In this document: piece after piece, positions 38,231 through 51,316 of the stretch | Numbering within the stretch: position 1 is the first letter of the stretch | Layout: every line of letters begins with the position of its first letter | Assembly: GCA_052327205.1 (NCBI GenBank) | Contig: CM126207.1 | Location: 248,806,001 to 248,870,000 of the forward strand | Source of the DNA: Somniosus microcephalus | Taxonomy: Eukaryota | Direction of reading: 5' to 3' | DNA length: 64,000 nucleotides | Made by a program: the position numbers and the translations under genes | Notes under the pieces: generated by a model | Database searches by the model: none | What the model was told of the DNA's origin: nothing | What the model saw: only the letters and a program-made list of their open reading frames with translations

Positions 38231-41200
38231 TATGCAACCTAGTGATGTTCCAAATACACGGGAAGTTTGTCAACATTCTTCATGCCTATAAAAATCACAT
38301 TGCGAGTGCTCACTTTGGCCTTCAAAAGTTGTCATTTACACAAAGTCCATGAAAACTAAGGCCCGGTGGAGGGAGATGAATGTATTCTTCTCACGTGGAT
38401 AAACAATGAAAGGTTCACATCAACCGTTTCAGTGCTCAGACGCCACAGTTCATGTATACGGTGGTACTCATGGATTCTGGAATGAGGTGATATTCCGAGA
38501 TTAGCTGCTTGCTGACGTGCAACTAAAATATTGAACTACACTACGAACGTGAACACAACAGATTAATAAATAATTCATCTTAGTTAACCAAATCCACTCC
38601 ATCTGACAGTTTAGGAAGCACTGATGCCTTTATGTAAAGGCACCATGGTTTCCACAGGAGAAGTAGCTTTTCTAACTCATTCTTGATTATTTTAAAATGC
38701 CCCTATTTCCATAAAAGCAGCCAACAAAGTATTAAATCTGGTCAAATTTAACAATGGTTATGGTAAAAATAAATATATATATAAAAAAATATATTAAAAA
38801 TCTTACGTCTTCATGCACTTCCTGCCAACTTTTGCTGCAGCACCATCACCAGTGGGAGGGTTTAATTACAAGTTTACACAGGCAATTTTCATTATAAATG
38901 TGGACATAGTAATTTATAATGGAAATAGGAAAATTAGGGCAGAATGTTTGACTTGAAAATTGGAACTGAATTACGTCTGTTTCCTGGCCTATGTGTCCCT
39001 CCGGCTTCGAACCATGACTGAAGGGTCAAGGAAAGTATTAGCTAAATAGAAATATCCTCTGGACTTGCCTAAAATGTTTCACATTTAATGCCCCCTTTAT
39101 GAAAGGAAGAATTTACTGTACTGGAGTATTCTTTTCCTATCCAATCAATAATTGCTCCCTAAAACATTAATTTGCACTATTAAGTGGGGCTGCTGGAAGT
39201 CAGTATTTAGCTCTTGGGTTGTCACGAGCAGCCCTCTAGAATGACATTTCGAGCATGTTACGTGACAGAGCTATGTTGTGTGGTTCTTCCTCGACACACT
39301 ATGCAGTCAGACTATGCACAGAAACTGTTCCCAAAAACACAGGCTTTTCTGTGATCCTATCTTTTTTTTAATGGAACAGCTTTACTGGCAGGAAAGCTGC
39401 ACTAAAAAAAATTGTCCCAAAGCTACTGCCAAGTTGGGTTAACTACAAGTCTGTGCCTGACATTGAGTGGAAGGTAAGTGGAATAAGGCTGGTAGATTTA
39501 TGGCCATTTGTACCTGATTGTTCATACTAAAGCCATTATGGAATGATTAGAGAAAAAGGTGAAGCTTTAAGTCCAGTGAAAATCAATACAACTGTCTACA
39601 GCAATTCAGCTGCCTCAGTCGAGTACCATTAACTGGATCTTTATCCCGTCTTAGGTTACAGGGAGCTGGGTACAGGCTTGCTGTATGCCTACCTGAACAG
39701 TTCTCTGAAGTCAGGATGTTAAGCCATTTTTCTCCCCTTTCATAACCCATGATTTTTGCTTTTAAAAGTTGCCACAAATTAGAAATTGCACCCAATTTTA
39801 TTAAAATTGTATGAAAGCTGTTTGAGAGCTACATCTTAATGTTTGCCAGCAATTTCCACTGTTCTATCCCCCCTCAATATATCACCATATGTCTCTAGCA
39901 GAACCTTCACTATACCATGGCATCATAATATTGACATCCTCTGATACCGATACCAAAAGCAAACTGAAAGTCACACTAAATATTCTCAAATATGACACTT
40001 TTTAACCAGAAATATACATTTAACAAAGTGGCCCTTTTGGTTTTATGCTGTCTTTCAAATCTCTAATCATACATTCTATTTAAGCACCATCATATTTTTG
40101 GTTTTCTCTGTGTTTGAAGGTTTTAAAATACAATTTTGCTTTATTTGTACTTTACACATGGACAATTCTCATTTCAGCAGTAAATTACTGTTCATGAGGG
40201 AAAGGAAGTTAGGAGGGAGTAAATAAGTTCTTCAAACCAATTCCACTGAAGTCTTTTACATCCATTCTCACATTCCCTACCCCCTTCCCTTTTTAAGAGA
40301 AATAATCAGCAAGTCGAATAAAAGCACAGATCAATACCAGCACAAAAATTAAACATGCAGCAAGTTACCATCTACCCATTCATGTTTTTTAACCCTTTGA
40401 AGTTCTGTAAAAATACACAGCCTTCCACACAGCATGGTCAAGGATGTTTGTTGGTCCATTTCTAGTAACACATGCTGTAAAGTAGAAATAGAGCAACTGA
40501 TTCTGCAGATGAGTGGAAACCATTTCTTAATTCATACCATGTGTGATCTTGAAAGAAGCTGAAAACAAACAGTTTGAACCTCTGGGATTTCAAGTAGGAC
40601 TCTGCTCTTTTGGTCAAAAAGCTGTCCCAGACCTCAAAGTCGGAGGTATTTCTGAGAAGTCTGACCTTACATTTGCCAGAAGGAGAGTCTCCAAATATGT
40701 AGTGCTGCATATTTATATAGCCAGCAACAAAAATAAATTGAACATTAGTTATCTTAGCTGAAAGCTCCAACAATTAAAACCTTTATTTCTCAAGTTCTAA
40801 AAGCTGTAACTGCAGGAATCTAAAATCTAGACATAATCAGAAATGGAATAGAATCTGCTGCAAAATCCCCACCAGAAATGCACCCCGCCCCCCCCCCATT
40901 TTATAATTCACTTCTCAGTAAAAGCTATGTCAAATCCATTCATCAATCACAACTCTACATAAAGGACATTAAATAATACGGAGCGTAACACATTGAATTT
41001 TATGGTAAGTATCAAAAGAATTAGACATTTTTGTGTAAGGAAGAGAAATAAATCTTGATTAATGGCATCAGATCAATTTTAAATTGTGCTCATGGGCCAA
41101 GTTGATAGGCCTCATTTTTCTTAAAATTAAAAACATTAGTTTGTTGATTTCAAATACAATGACCCAACCACCTAAATTCACACAGAGACACGCTTACAGA

Positions 41201-41294
41201 TGGGGTACAGTAATAGTGGTGAGGCTTTAATGTTTCAATAATAATAGGTCAACAAGTTCAACAGTAGTATATGATGATGATGGCCAAGTTCGTG

Positions 41295-41510
41295 TGACTG
41301 GAGTCACAATTAGGCCAGACTGGGAAAGGATGGCAGGTTTCATTCCCTGAAGGATATTAGTGAACCAGTTGGGTTTTTACACAAATCCGACAGCTTCATG
41401 TTCACTTTTACTGCAACCAGCTTATTTTTTTTCCAGACTTTATTTCAAACTGAATTCAAATTCTCAACTGCCATGGTGGGATTTGAGCTCACGTTCTCTG
41501 GGTTATTCTG
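41295..41510 (-). mobile_element. tRNA-derived SINE fragment
   Basis: gactggagtcac..taggccagactggg.aaggatggcaggttt...ccatggtgggatttgagc; homologous to 56330-56525 and 11930-12135. Confidence 0.65.
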
Positions 41511-41882
41511 AATATTGCAGGATGACTAAAAGAATCAGCAGTCATGAAATGAGGGTGGAAAAATCAGTATCAGATAGGGGAGTAGGATCAGAGGCATGGA
41601 GCATATAGGATGGAGTGATATGGATTGGGAGGAGAGGATCAACAGTATGGAGCTAGTAGAATATAACATTGAACAAGACATTTCTGAGCTATGCAGCATG
41701 TTAAGTGCTATGGAGCGCTCTCGGTCGTACCCTAAGATTTAAAAGTATTGGGCGGGGGGAATGGATAGGATGTAGTGTGGCAGATGTCAGATTCAGAAGT
41801 ATGTAGCAGGTGGAATTATTGGTTGAAAGTGAAAGAAGCAGCAAGAATTATTTAGGGGTGTGATGTTGGGCTAGGCAGATAG

Positions 41883-43461
41883 GTGCTGGGATTCCTGGTC
41901 TACACAAAAACCTAGATGCAGAAACACAATGGCCTAGAAATTGAGTGGGCTTAGCGCCCATTTTGCGGCGCTAGAGGGCATTGCGCTGGACTTACAGCCG
42001 GTTTTGAAATTGACTAGGGCCCAACATCGGCGTTACACCGGTAGCGCTGCGCCGGCACCGATGACGTCATCGGTGTGCGCAGCGTCCCGGTTGCCGTGGT
42101 GACGGGCCCCAGCGCCGAAATTCAGTTGCGGCCGCCTCGCCCGTGGCAGCCGCAACTAAGACTCTGGCAACAGAGTCTTGCACGACTTTGCGCCGGCGCA
42201 TAAAGGTGGAGCGGCGGCCGGCCGCTTTCCCGCCGGCCGCCTGCCCGCACCTCCCTCCCCGGACTCCCCCACCACCCCCCCCGCGGAACAGATGCTTCTC
42301 GGCTGCGAGCCCGGCACTTCCCCGAGGTGCCGGGCTCATTTTTGTGGCGATTTAACCGGCCAGCGGGCGGGTGCAGGCAGCTCCTCCTTAACTGAAGGAG
42401 GAGGCCTGCGCTTCCCGAGCCTGCCGCACCGCATCGGGCGCCGCAGCGCCGGAATAGCGCCGCAATGCGGCGCGTAGCGCCAGTTTTCAGGCGCAAACAG
42501 CCTTCAGTAGCGCCGGCAGCCGTTTGGGCGTGGCGCTACTGAATTTTTGGCGCGCACAGCGCGACTTAGCACCGGCGCTAAATTTCCGGCGTTAAGCCCC
42601 GGCGCAGCGCAAACTCAATTTCTAGGCCAATATATGTTGGTCAAATTTACAGATGATGATAAACTGGGGGCTGGGGTGGGGGGAGTCTTGTCTGATGTAG
42701 CAGCCAAGAAATTACAGAAGGTCCTAGATGGTAGTTGCAAGTGGGCAGGACTATGGCAGATAAAATTCAATAAAGACAAGTACAAGGTCTTGCACATTGG
42801 AGGAATAAATGTGGGACATATTAATGAATAATACTGAACAAGCTAGGGAAGAGGGTGAAAGAGATTGTGGATTGATAGACTCAACAGTGGCCATGCCCAG
42901 TTATGGCAGAGCTGCCATCAACAAAACAAGTAGAATTCGGAGCTATATTGCCAAATCAGTAGCCTGTGGTTTTGAAGCCATCATGATAAAGCTGCGATCA
43001 AGCTGCACCTTCTGCATTCAGTCCTGGTCTCCAAGGGAAATATTCAAAGCCCGGAAGTGGTGCAGAGAAGGGTCAAAGGGCAGATCTCTGAATCCAGATA
43101 ACTGAGTTATAAGGAAAAGCTGGAAAACTTAGACTCTTCAGACTGGAAAAGAGGCAAATAGGAGGGACCTTCTCGAAACATACGGCACTAAGTGGAATAC
43201 AAAAGGTAAATCCTGAGCACTATTTCAAGCTAAACTGTGACTACAGGACAAGTGGATGTGGGAATATGGGAGACAAAGAAGTTCACAGCTGATGTCAGAA
43301 AACATTTCTTCTTAGACAGAGTGGTTGGCACGAGGAATAGTGGATGTAAAAACATAAGTCATTCAAGAGGCAGTTAGATGTATGGAGCAAGGTTATAGGT
43401 TTCTATGGAAGAATGAGCTAGATGGGCCACATGACCTTTGTGATCTCTACTTTTCTTTATG
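41883..43461 (+). mobile_element. Old CR1-group LINE fragment (RT core to 3' UTR) interrupted by a MITE
   Basis: VLG..FLVYT..LDAETQ|YMLVKFTDDDKLG...LQKVLDGSCKWAGLWQIKFNKDKYKVLHIG, further decayed C-terminal motifs and a 3' UTR (gatgggccacatgacct). Confidence 0.75.
41931..42628. mobile_element. Young Harbinger-type MITE (698 bp), extremely CpG-rich
   Basis: Perfect 16-bp TIR GGCCTAGAAATTGAGT / ACTCAATTTCTAGGCC, an exact TSD AAT (41928-41930, 42629-42631), and repeated TAGCGCC/GGCGCTA. Confidence 0.92.
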
Positions 43462-44312
43462 GACTTTGTATAGCGTGAAGGAGTGTGTTGAGAGGCATGA
43501 AGCATGTGGTTAGACTGATATTGTGTAATCAGCAGGAATGAGAGAAGTATGAGTGAAAAAGGAGGATCAGAAGCATGGAGTGAGTGGGAGAAGAAAGTGA
43601 TGAGTTCATAGTAATGTCTTATTTTTACCTAACATTTATGTATAGTTTTTTACAGACTCTAAGAGGTGCTGTGATGGTAGACAACATCTGTACCTCAGGT
43701 TTTAATTAATTGGCTAAAATGGATGATGGTATTGATTATTGAGTCGGGCAGATAAGACGGGCAATAAGTTATGTGAAACTTGTTGAGCAATTGCCTGAAG
43801 GGCCAGTCTTCAGCAAGCTTGATGTTGAACCCTGATAGGTAGGTTTTTCTTTTAAAAAAGCGAAATAATTTGTCCTCGTGACACTCCCTTACACTAAATG
43901 CAGAATCCTCGAGTCGCCCAATAGTCTCATTGCACCATTTCAATTGACAGCAGTAAAATTAAACTTTTTTTTTGTTTCCCTAAACCAAAATAAATCTAAC
44001 TTTAGCAATTTTTTTTTCTCATCTAAGCCCACCTCTTCTGGGACTATTGTCTTAACCAATTTTACAGCAAACTTCATTCAATACCATACACTTTAACTGC
44101 CACATTTTTGGACAATTTAAACCGTATTAAACATTCTAATTGTCATTGCATTTTGGCAGGGAAGACTTATTTCAAAGGTACAAATGACCACCACAGAACG
44201 GCCTTCCAATACCAGATTATTTGTTTTGGAGTTACAATATGAGGAGGATTTAATGATTGCTGTCCAATGTGGTTAGGGAAGGTCTGCATTGGGAAGATGT
44301 TGCTTTCCTTAC

Positions 44313-44809
44313 CTTATATAGTTTCAAGCTGGCCTCGTGCCTCGAGTTGACGGTGTGCAATCGCAGCTTCTCAATGCTGTTGGTGTAGTAATCGCATGCG
44401 TTGCATTTCAAGTGCACTGGGTTCCCAATGGCCACGCATTTCAGTCGCCACTCGTTGGCCTTGCCCCCTTCCTTGATGTGTGCCACGAGCTGGTATTTTT
44501 GCACGTGCTTATCTGTCTTACAGTGCAACTGGAAGTTGGCCTTGAGCTGGGTGTTGTAGCGGCAGAGCTTACACTGGTAGGAGTCACCAATGACTGCTTT
44601 CCACTCCTCCTCGGGCAGGTGGCGCTCAATGTTCATGTGCAGACTGAGTGTCTCCAGGTTGTCTGTAGTGAATCGGTTGCAAACCGCACACTGAAAAAGC
44701 TTCAAAGAAGGGTCATTCGTGGTTGTGAACGTTTCGCCAAGGTTCATGAGTTCTTCTGACACCAGCTGTCCGCCTCCCAGTCGCATGTCAAGAGGAATCT
44801 CACCACCAA
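44313..44809 (-). CDS. ZFHX3: ZFHX3 second coding exon (equivalent to human exon 3), 497 nt, with three further zinc fingers
   Basis: Acceptor ttttctgcag|TT and donor TATAAG|gtaagg. The carried-over G plus TT gives Val, then [25 protein letters not shown]...[10 protein letters not shown]...[23 protein letters not shown]...[31 protein letters not shown], the ZFHX3 rather than ZFHX4 form. Confidence 0.96.
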
Positions 44810-45744
44810 CTGCAGAAAACAAAGAATAAAAAGGAAAAATGAAATGCTTAGTAACAGCTCCAGAAAGGATGAAAAGTGATGTTCATACCCTGTAAGATGT
44901 TGACCTGATAACAAACCCGTTGATCTGACAGTCTGAATTACCAGTCTGAATTCCTCTTCTAAAGCTAACATTGACAATACTGTATCTGTATCTGTTAATG
45001 AGGTCAAATCTACCCACCAATATCTGGAGATAGTATTTGCAACTTGGAAGGGCTTTATGCAAATTAAATGTCAAATCTGCTGCAATATTCAACTGCTGGA
45101 GATGATCGCGACAGACGTATATTCATTTGATTTGTTGATGGTAAGCTGTGCATAAGAGTCTGCTTTAGGCTCATGTCCCTGAGTACAAGACTGAGATGGT
45201 CAAAACTCATTTTACTTGTGATCAGTTATTAGCCTTCAGGGACAGTGATTCCTATCAGCTAATGCCAGATTAGATTTAAACTTTAGCCTCTACAGGTTTC
45301 AAAGCTAAACATGCAGTGCGCACGTAGCAATAGAAAACATGGTCAAAACGTGGCCAATCAAGCTCAAAATTACTTGCATTTGTGTTTCCTGTGTCAGCAA
45401 TTTTAATCGTAGCACCATTTTAGAATGCAGTTTTAAAAATAAATATATATATATTATAGAGATCCATTATTAATTTTAATTACTGTCAGCACCCAGGTAT
45501 ATTGATGATGGTGACCATTTTGGTGTCAGCTTAAAAAGGGGTTGCAGTAGATAATGATCCTGTCCTGGAATCTAACACTTTTACAATTAACTGGGCTCCA
45601 TGATACAGCTCCTGTCAAAATCAATTCAAACGAATAACTTTTTTATCCCACCACAGCAGGTACTTTATATACTGAGAATTTTCTACATATTCCCCATTTT
45701 GTTGAGGACTGCAAGATTTCCCAATGTATTAGTGATGATTAGGC

Positions 45745-45940
45745 CTAAATAAAATGCTGCAAATACACTCCAAGTCAATCAGCAACTGGAAGAGGAATGA
45801 CAGGTTCACACTTTTAGTAAAGACCCTTTTAATGAACTTCTAACTGATGGTCTCATTCTGAAACATTAAACTGTTTCTCTATTCAGTTACTGACAGAACT
45901 ATTGGGTGTTTTGAGCACTTTGTTTTTATTTCAGACATTC
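45745..45940. mobile_element. Highly decayed copy of the palindromic Penelope-type element
   Basis: aaaatgctgcaaatacactc...ctgaaacattaa.ctgtttctct...tgtttttatttcaga parallels 24347-24570. Confidence 0.55.
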
Positions 45941-47918
45941 ACCATTTGCAATTTTTCATTTTATCTGCAAATGTAATGCTGTAAATGTACAGTAAGGGCT
46001 TTTCTGGCCAACACAAAGTATAGAAATGGTAACTCAAAACTGGTCCTAGTCTGTTGATTGGCGTAGACACAGGAGAAAGAATAACATTCTTAATGATTTC
46101 AGCTATGAGATGAAAAATGGGTAGCTTGGGAAAAAGGAGCCAAGTTAAAAAAATATACTCGATACACAAAGCAGTTTTAAATAGCTGTAGTGAAACTTGT
46201 GTTATGTTTCAGCAACGGCAGAGAGGTAGAGCTAATTATCCCATTACTGCGTCAATACATCCATTTAACAGAGTTGTGTCAGTGCCAGTGCGATGGGTGA
46301 TCTCATCAGTGGAAGGTGAAAACCTCTGTGCTGTACAGATCTGTCTAATGCCTCTTACTACACAATCTTTAATACATCATTGACCAGACAAAACCAAGAG
46401 CTGACCTTGTCCAACTTACAGTAAATTAATAACAACAAGCTCTTTATTTATAGCATAAAAGCTCTACAACTGTGAATGACACTTCCCAATTTCATAAAAT
46501 TCAGTTCTTAGGAAGAATTAACTTTAAATCCAGGAAACAGTTTTGTACTTAAAAAAAAAAGAATAAGACTTATTATGTGCTCCCTCCCTGCCCCCCCCCC
46601 CCCCACCCCCTTCCACTTTTCAGGTTTTCTTTCCCCCAGAAATGAAGTTCTGCTACCATGCAATGCTCCATCTGGTGGTCTGGCTGAGAACTGGGTGAAC
46701 CCATCCAAAGAAAGCATGTGTAATTTTGAATAACTGTCACAGTTAGGATTCAGACTCCCAGTGCAACTGTTGGGCCACTTGGTCCAACCAGAATTCTGTC
46801 AAACCCTGGTTAACATAAACTCAAATTTGTCAGTGGAAACAGCTGTATAAAATTATCTTTTCCAGAGGATTTAAAAAAAAACCTCAGTTAGTAAAAAAAA
46901 AAGGGCCCGAAGCACAATATCATCAGAACTTCTGGCTTGCAAGGTAAAAACTTTCATTACTGAAGAGAGAAGTCAAGTCAGTTTGAATCAAAGATGGCAG
47001 TAAAATGCAGCTTTGCAACATTGTTTATGATCAAGTACTATTCCCTGTCACTAGCTCTCCACCAATTTTGCTCTTCAGCTAACTGCTAGAAAGTGCAACA
47101 GAGGTGAAGGGACAAAGGGTGATTCCCATTTGGGAAGCACCTGGTCTCAAGACAGCTTGAGCAAGTTCAGGAGCTCATTGTGCAACTATCATCGGAAGAA
47201 ATCCACTTCCTAGCCCTTTATGGCACAGTGTCATCATGCCTCTACCAAAGGTTGCACTCGTACTGCTATACAAACAAACGTGCACTCTGCCACCACAACT
47301 TTTGGCTGCTCTAAGCCAACACTATGATTGAGGCAATCGCCGCGCCTTCTCCACGCTGGCCCCATAAACTTTCTCCACAACACTGGTTTCAGGACTTATT
47401 GCCTTTAAAATTGAATCATCATGTTGGCTTTCTACATATTAATCTGTGCACATTAAAATTTGTTTAAATCTAAACTAAGCCTAATACTTCAGCTAAGAGA
47501 AGATTTTGGCTTCAGTTCTCTTCAAGTACAGTTTATGAGAGTTGTGATGGTCCTGTCATCACACATTGAGTCTTGATTTTGGCCATCTCCATCGCTGTTG
47601 AAGAACTTAATGTATTGTTGGCTGTGCATTTATCTGCTGATTAAAATGCACCTGCTATTTGGTTGCTCTTTCCATGAGCTTTCAGCCAAGTTAATGCATT
47701 TTGTATGTGACAGACACTTAATATATCTATCTATAATATATTTTGTAGCTGGTAACACAGTGGGACCTGCAGCAATATCTTCCCCCACCCCGTCCGACTC
47801 TCATTTCACTATCTTGCTGCATGCACATGTGAGAGAATTGGTGGGAGTCACAATGGAATCCCCAGCTCAAAGCAGCACTGGCAAATGCCTGGGAACAGAT
47901 TTCCCTGCCATCTCACAG

Positions 47919-48705
47919 TTACATCAAGTCTACAGCAGAGAAACAGGTCATTTGGCCCAACTGGTCTTTGCCCATGTTTATGCTCCACATGAGCTTCTTC
48001 CCACCCCACTTCATTTAACCCCATTAACATATCCTTCTATTCCTTTCTCCCTCATGTGCTTATCTAACTTCCTCTTAAATACATGTATGCTATTCGCTTC
48101 AGCTACACCTTGTGGTAGTATGTTCCACATTCTTACCACTCTTTGGGTAAAGAAGTTTCTCCTGAATTCCCTATTAGATTTATTAGTGACTATCTTATAT
48201 TTATGGCCCCTAGTTCTGGTCTCCACCGCAAATGGAAACACTTTCTCTACGTCTACCCTATCAAATCCTTTCATAATCTTTAAGACCTCTATCAAGTCAC
48301 CCCTCAGTCTATTCTTTTCCAGAGAAAAAGTCTGTTCAGCCTTTCCTGATGGGTATACCCTCTCAGTTCTAGTATCATTCTTGTGAATCTTTTTTTCACC
48401 TTCTCCAGAGCCTCTATATCCTTTTTATAATATGAAGATCTGAACTGTGCACAGTACTCCAAGTGTGGTCCAACCAAAGTTCTATACAAGTTTAATATAA
48501 CCTCTCTGCTTTTAAATTCTAACCCTCTAGAAATGAACCCTAGTGATTGGTTTGCTATTTTTATGCCCTTAGTAACCTGTGTCGCTACTTTTAATGATTT
48601 GTGTGTCTGTACCCCTAAAGCCCTTTGCTTCTTTACCCCATTTAGACTCTCATCGAAGCAGCAGTGGCCTCCTTATTCTTCCAACCAAAATGCACCACCT
48701 CACAC
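47919..48705 (-). mobile_element. CR1 LINE 3' fragment
   Basis: Encodes YRTLVGPHLEYCAQFRSSYYKKDIEALEKV and IEVLKIMKGFDRVD...TRGHKYK...FFTQRVVRMWN. Confidence 0.9.
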
Positions 48706-50603
48706 TCCATGGCCATAGTTGGCGTATGACCCAAGAATAAAACATAAATGTGAGCACAAAGGCAAAAGAGAGTTACAACAGCACAGGGCAACTGTATCAG
48801 TCCACACTAAAGTTAAGGCAATTTTGAGCCTTAAACCTTAGACTTGAAACTGTCTTCTACAGTCAACATATCCAGTCAGCAGAATGAATAATGAGGCAGG
48901 GAAGAGTTTTCAATATCTAAATGAACAATGAAATTCTGTACTTTTACAGCCAAGATCTGTCCGAAAGCATCTCCAATATGAATTTTATTTTAAAAACTTT
49001 ATGAACTCTGCAATGTTTTTATTAAATTGAATACATTGAAATTGCTAAAATACAAGCAACTCAACATGCAAATGATAAATAAAATTAAGCAATACTTTTT
49101 GAAAGACACACACACACAAATAAATGAAAGATGGGGTGCTGCAACTTTCCATGACAGAACAAGAAAAAAAAAAGTGAAATGGAAACAGAAGAAGAGACTA
49201 AACACAGGCAGAGATTCATTTGCTGGCATACTTTACGAGAGAAGTATTTATAAATGACAGGTTGTCTAGAAATCTAAAAAATTTGCAGTATTTCCAAACA
49301 TTCAAGACACTCTAATATTATACATTTGTTAAAGGTATACAAAATTTCTATCTGTATTAGTTTATTTCACTTGGTTTTGTATAAAAGACTCAAAATTTGT
49401 TTTACTTTGTGCGGTTCAACCACTATTATAGTAACAATGAAAGATTTGTATGCGAGGGGAAGGGACAGTTTGAGGCATATGTTACAAATATTAACATATT
49501 GTGGATCTTTGAACCTAACTTTCCAATCTCTTCCCTCCCATTTCCAATCAATAATTGTCAACATATAAGAGCAGGCACAAATGGAGTCTGAGGTTTGAAA
49601 CATTTGTTCATGTGGTGCCTTCAGTGACTCACAAGCCACAAAGTTACTAAGAATAGGCTTTGATTCTTATTATTACAGGTATGGAAAGGGAGAACAAGGG
49701 AAGAATTCCTGTGGTCATTATGTGTAGCGGCATCAAAATAGCATTGAGAAAGCACTAGATTATAATTTGGCTATACGCAACAACTAGAGCAATTCTTACC
49801 CCATGGTTATCAAGAGATGTAAAGAAAGCTCTCTGAGGAATCTAATGGCACATTGTTGGCAGACTGTATGGGTTTCCCACAAAGCCTTAGCTTTAACATA
49901 TATATATTCTCCCTAGATCAAATGTGGTCAACAGCTCTTGCTTTACTATTTTTATACCATGGGATATGTATTCAATTTTCAGAGAACTATTTTCATTCCA
50001 TATATGGACAGAACAGGATATGCTTACCATTTACAATCTCAATAGCCATTTTTCTTTCACCCACTCATTAGAAACAATTGGTAAATAATATTCCCTTAGT
50101 AACTACCTTATCACCAATGAACGAAATTAACCTTGCAGTCACAGAGATGACAAAAGAACAAATCCCATTTTTTGTTTTTAGGAGCCATTATGATTCACCA
50201 GCTCCTCACTTTTATTCTTACTTTCTAACTTACCCTAAGTTAAACTAAAATCTAATTATTTTTGTTGTATTAACTTTGTGACTTGAGTTATTTGATCACG
50301 TTTGGCCATAAAGTAATCATCATATCAAGTGGGGCCCTAACATGTATATCTACCTCAGCATGTTCTTTCCTTTGTAGCCTTCTCGGCCATACACCTGGCA
50401 TTATATCTGAGAGGGGAGGGAAATAAGGCAACTTCATGGACACTGTCAATGTTGCCCTCTGTCTAGCCATTGAGAGGTGCTGAAGTTTAACTTGTGATGA
50501 ATGAATCTTGCAGTTTTTTCTTCACCCACTCCCCCACCCCCTGTCCCACCCCACCCTGCCTAAGTACCTCATTTTTGCTTGAATTAGTGGAGATTGCTTT
50601 ATT

Positions 50604-51316
50604 GGGCTAAAACTTGCAGTCAACGGCGTACCTCCAGAGTACGCAGCCGACCTGTGAAAAGAATACGCTGAAAATACCTACCTGATGGCAGCCCTCCTGC
50701 GTAAACCTGCGCTCTGACGCTGCGTGATGGAGAACAGCGTAATGGCCCACGGATCCCAGGGAAGCAGCCTGTGCGGAAGCGTACCTGGGATCACGTGGGC
50801 CTGGTCCTCCAATCAGAAAACAGATTGTCTTTCATTCATTTAAATTACTACATTACTTCATTACTACAGCCTTTAAAATATGTACAGATTTAGCTTTTAT
50901 TGTGGGAATCCAATTCATTACTGATAATTCCCATTCTAAACAAATACTGTGCGCTGTGCAGAAAGTTATGAAATATTTTATAAAAACCTGCAGCTTTAAC
51001 ATACATTAGGATTGCTTTTCATTAAAGCTTTTAAGCCATTTAATTTTTTTTTAAAGCATTTTTTTCATTTCGGATATCCCCTTATACTGTGGAAACAGGC
51101 CCTGCGCCTGCTTTCATCAGCCGCAAAATTTTCGTACATGATTGCTGGGCAAATAGCCCAACTCTGCGCCGGTAATTAGGTTTACGGAGGTCAAGCGAAT
51201 GGCCTGTCAACGAGTACGTTGACAGACTGCAAGTTCGGGATTTAGCGCATGCGCTTCAAAGGCGGCATGAGGGCGTACTCAGAGTACGCTCTCATACCCA
51301 CCACAAAATCCGGGCC
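50604..51316. mobile_element. Harbinger-type MITE (713 bp), diverged relative of 27505-28269 in the opposite orientation
   Basis: TSD ATT/ATT and loose TIRs GGGCTAAAACTT / AAAATCCGGGCC. Shared blocks ATCCCAGGG..CCTGGGATCACGTGGGCC..CCAATC, AAAGCAGGCG and GCGCATGCGC, plus an AT-rich core. Confidence 0.8.

Larger units (their letters stand above)
1..44312 (-). other. ZFHX3: ZFHX3 intron downstream of the 497-nt exon (more than 44 kb, runs off the window)
   Basis: Begins with gtaag at 44312. No ORF in the track encodes the expected next exon (HLQ...CYYHCVLCNYSTKAKLNL). Confidence 0.8.

Noticed and set aside
41931-42628. CpG island as an alternative ZFHX3 promoter, or GC-rich ORFs as genes
   Set aside because: The GC-rich block is bounded exactly by a perfect TIR and TSD, so it is a MITE; the ORFs reflect stop-codon scarcity.
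47598-48386. 262-aa plus-strand ORF
   Set aside because: Its second half is the antisense frame of a CR1 fragment and the first half has no recognisable protein features.
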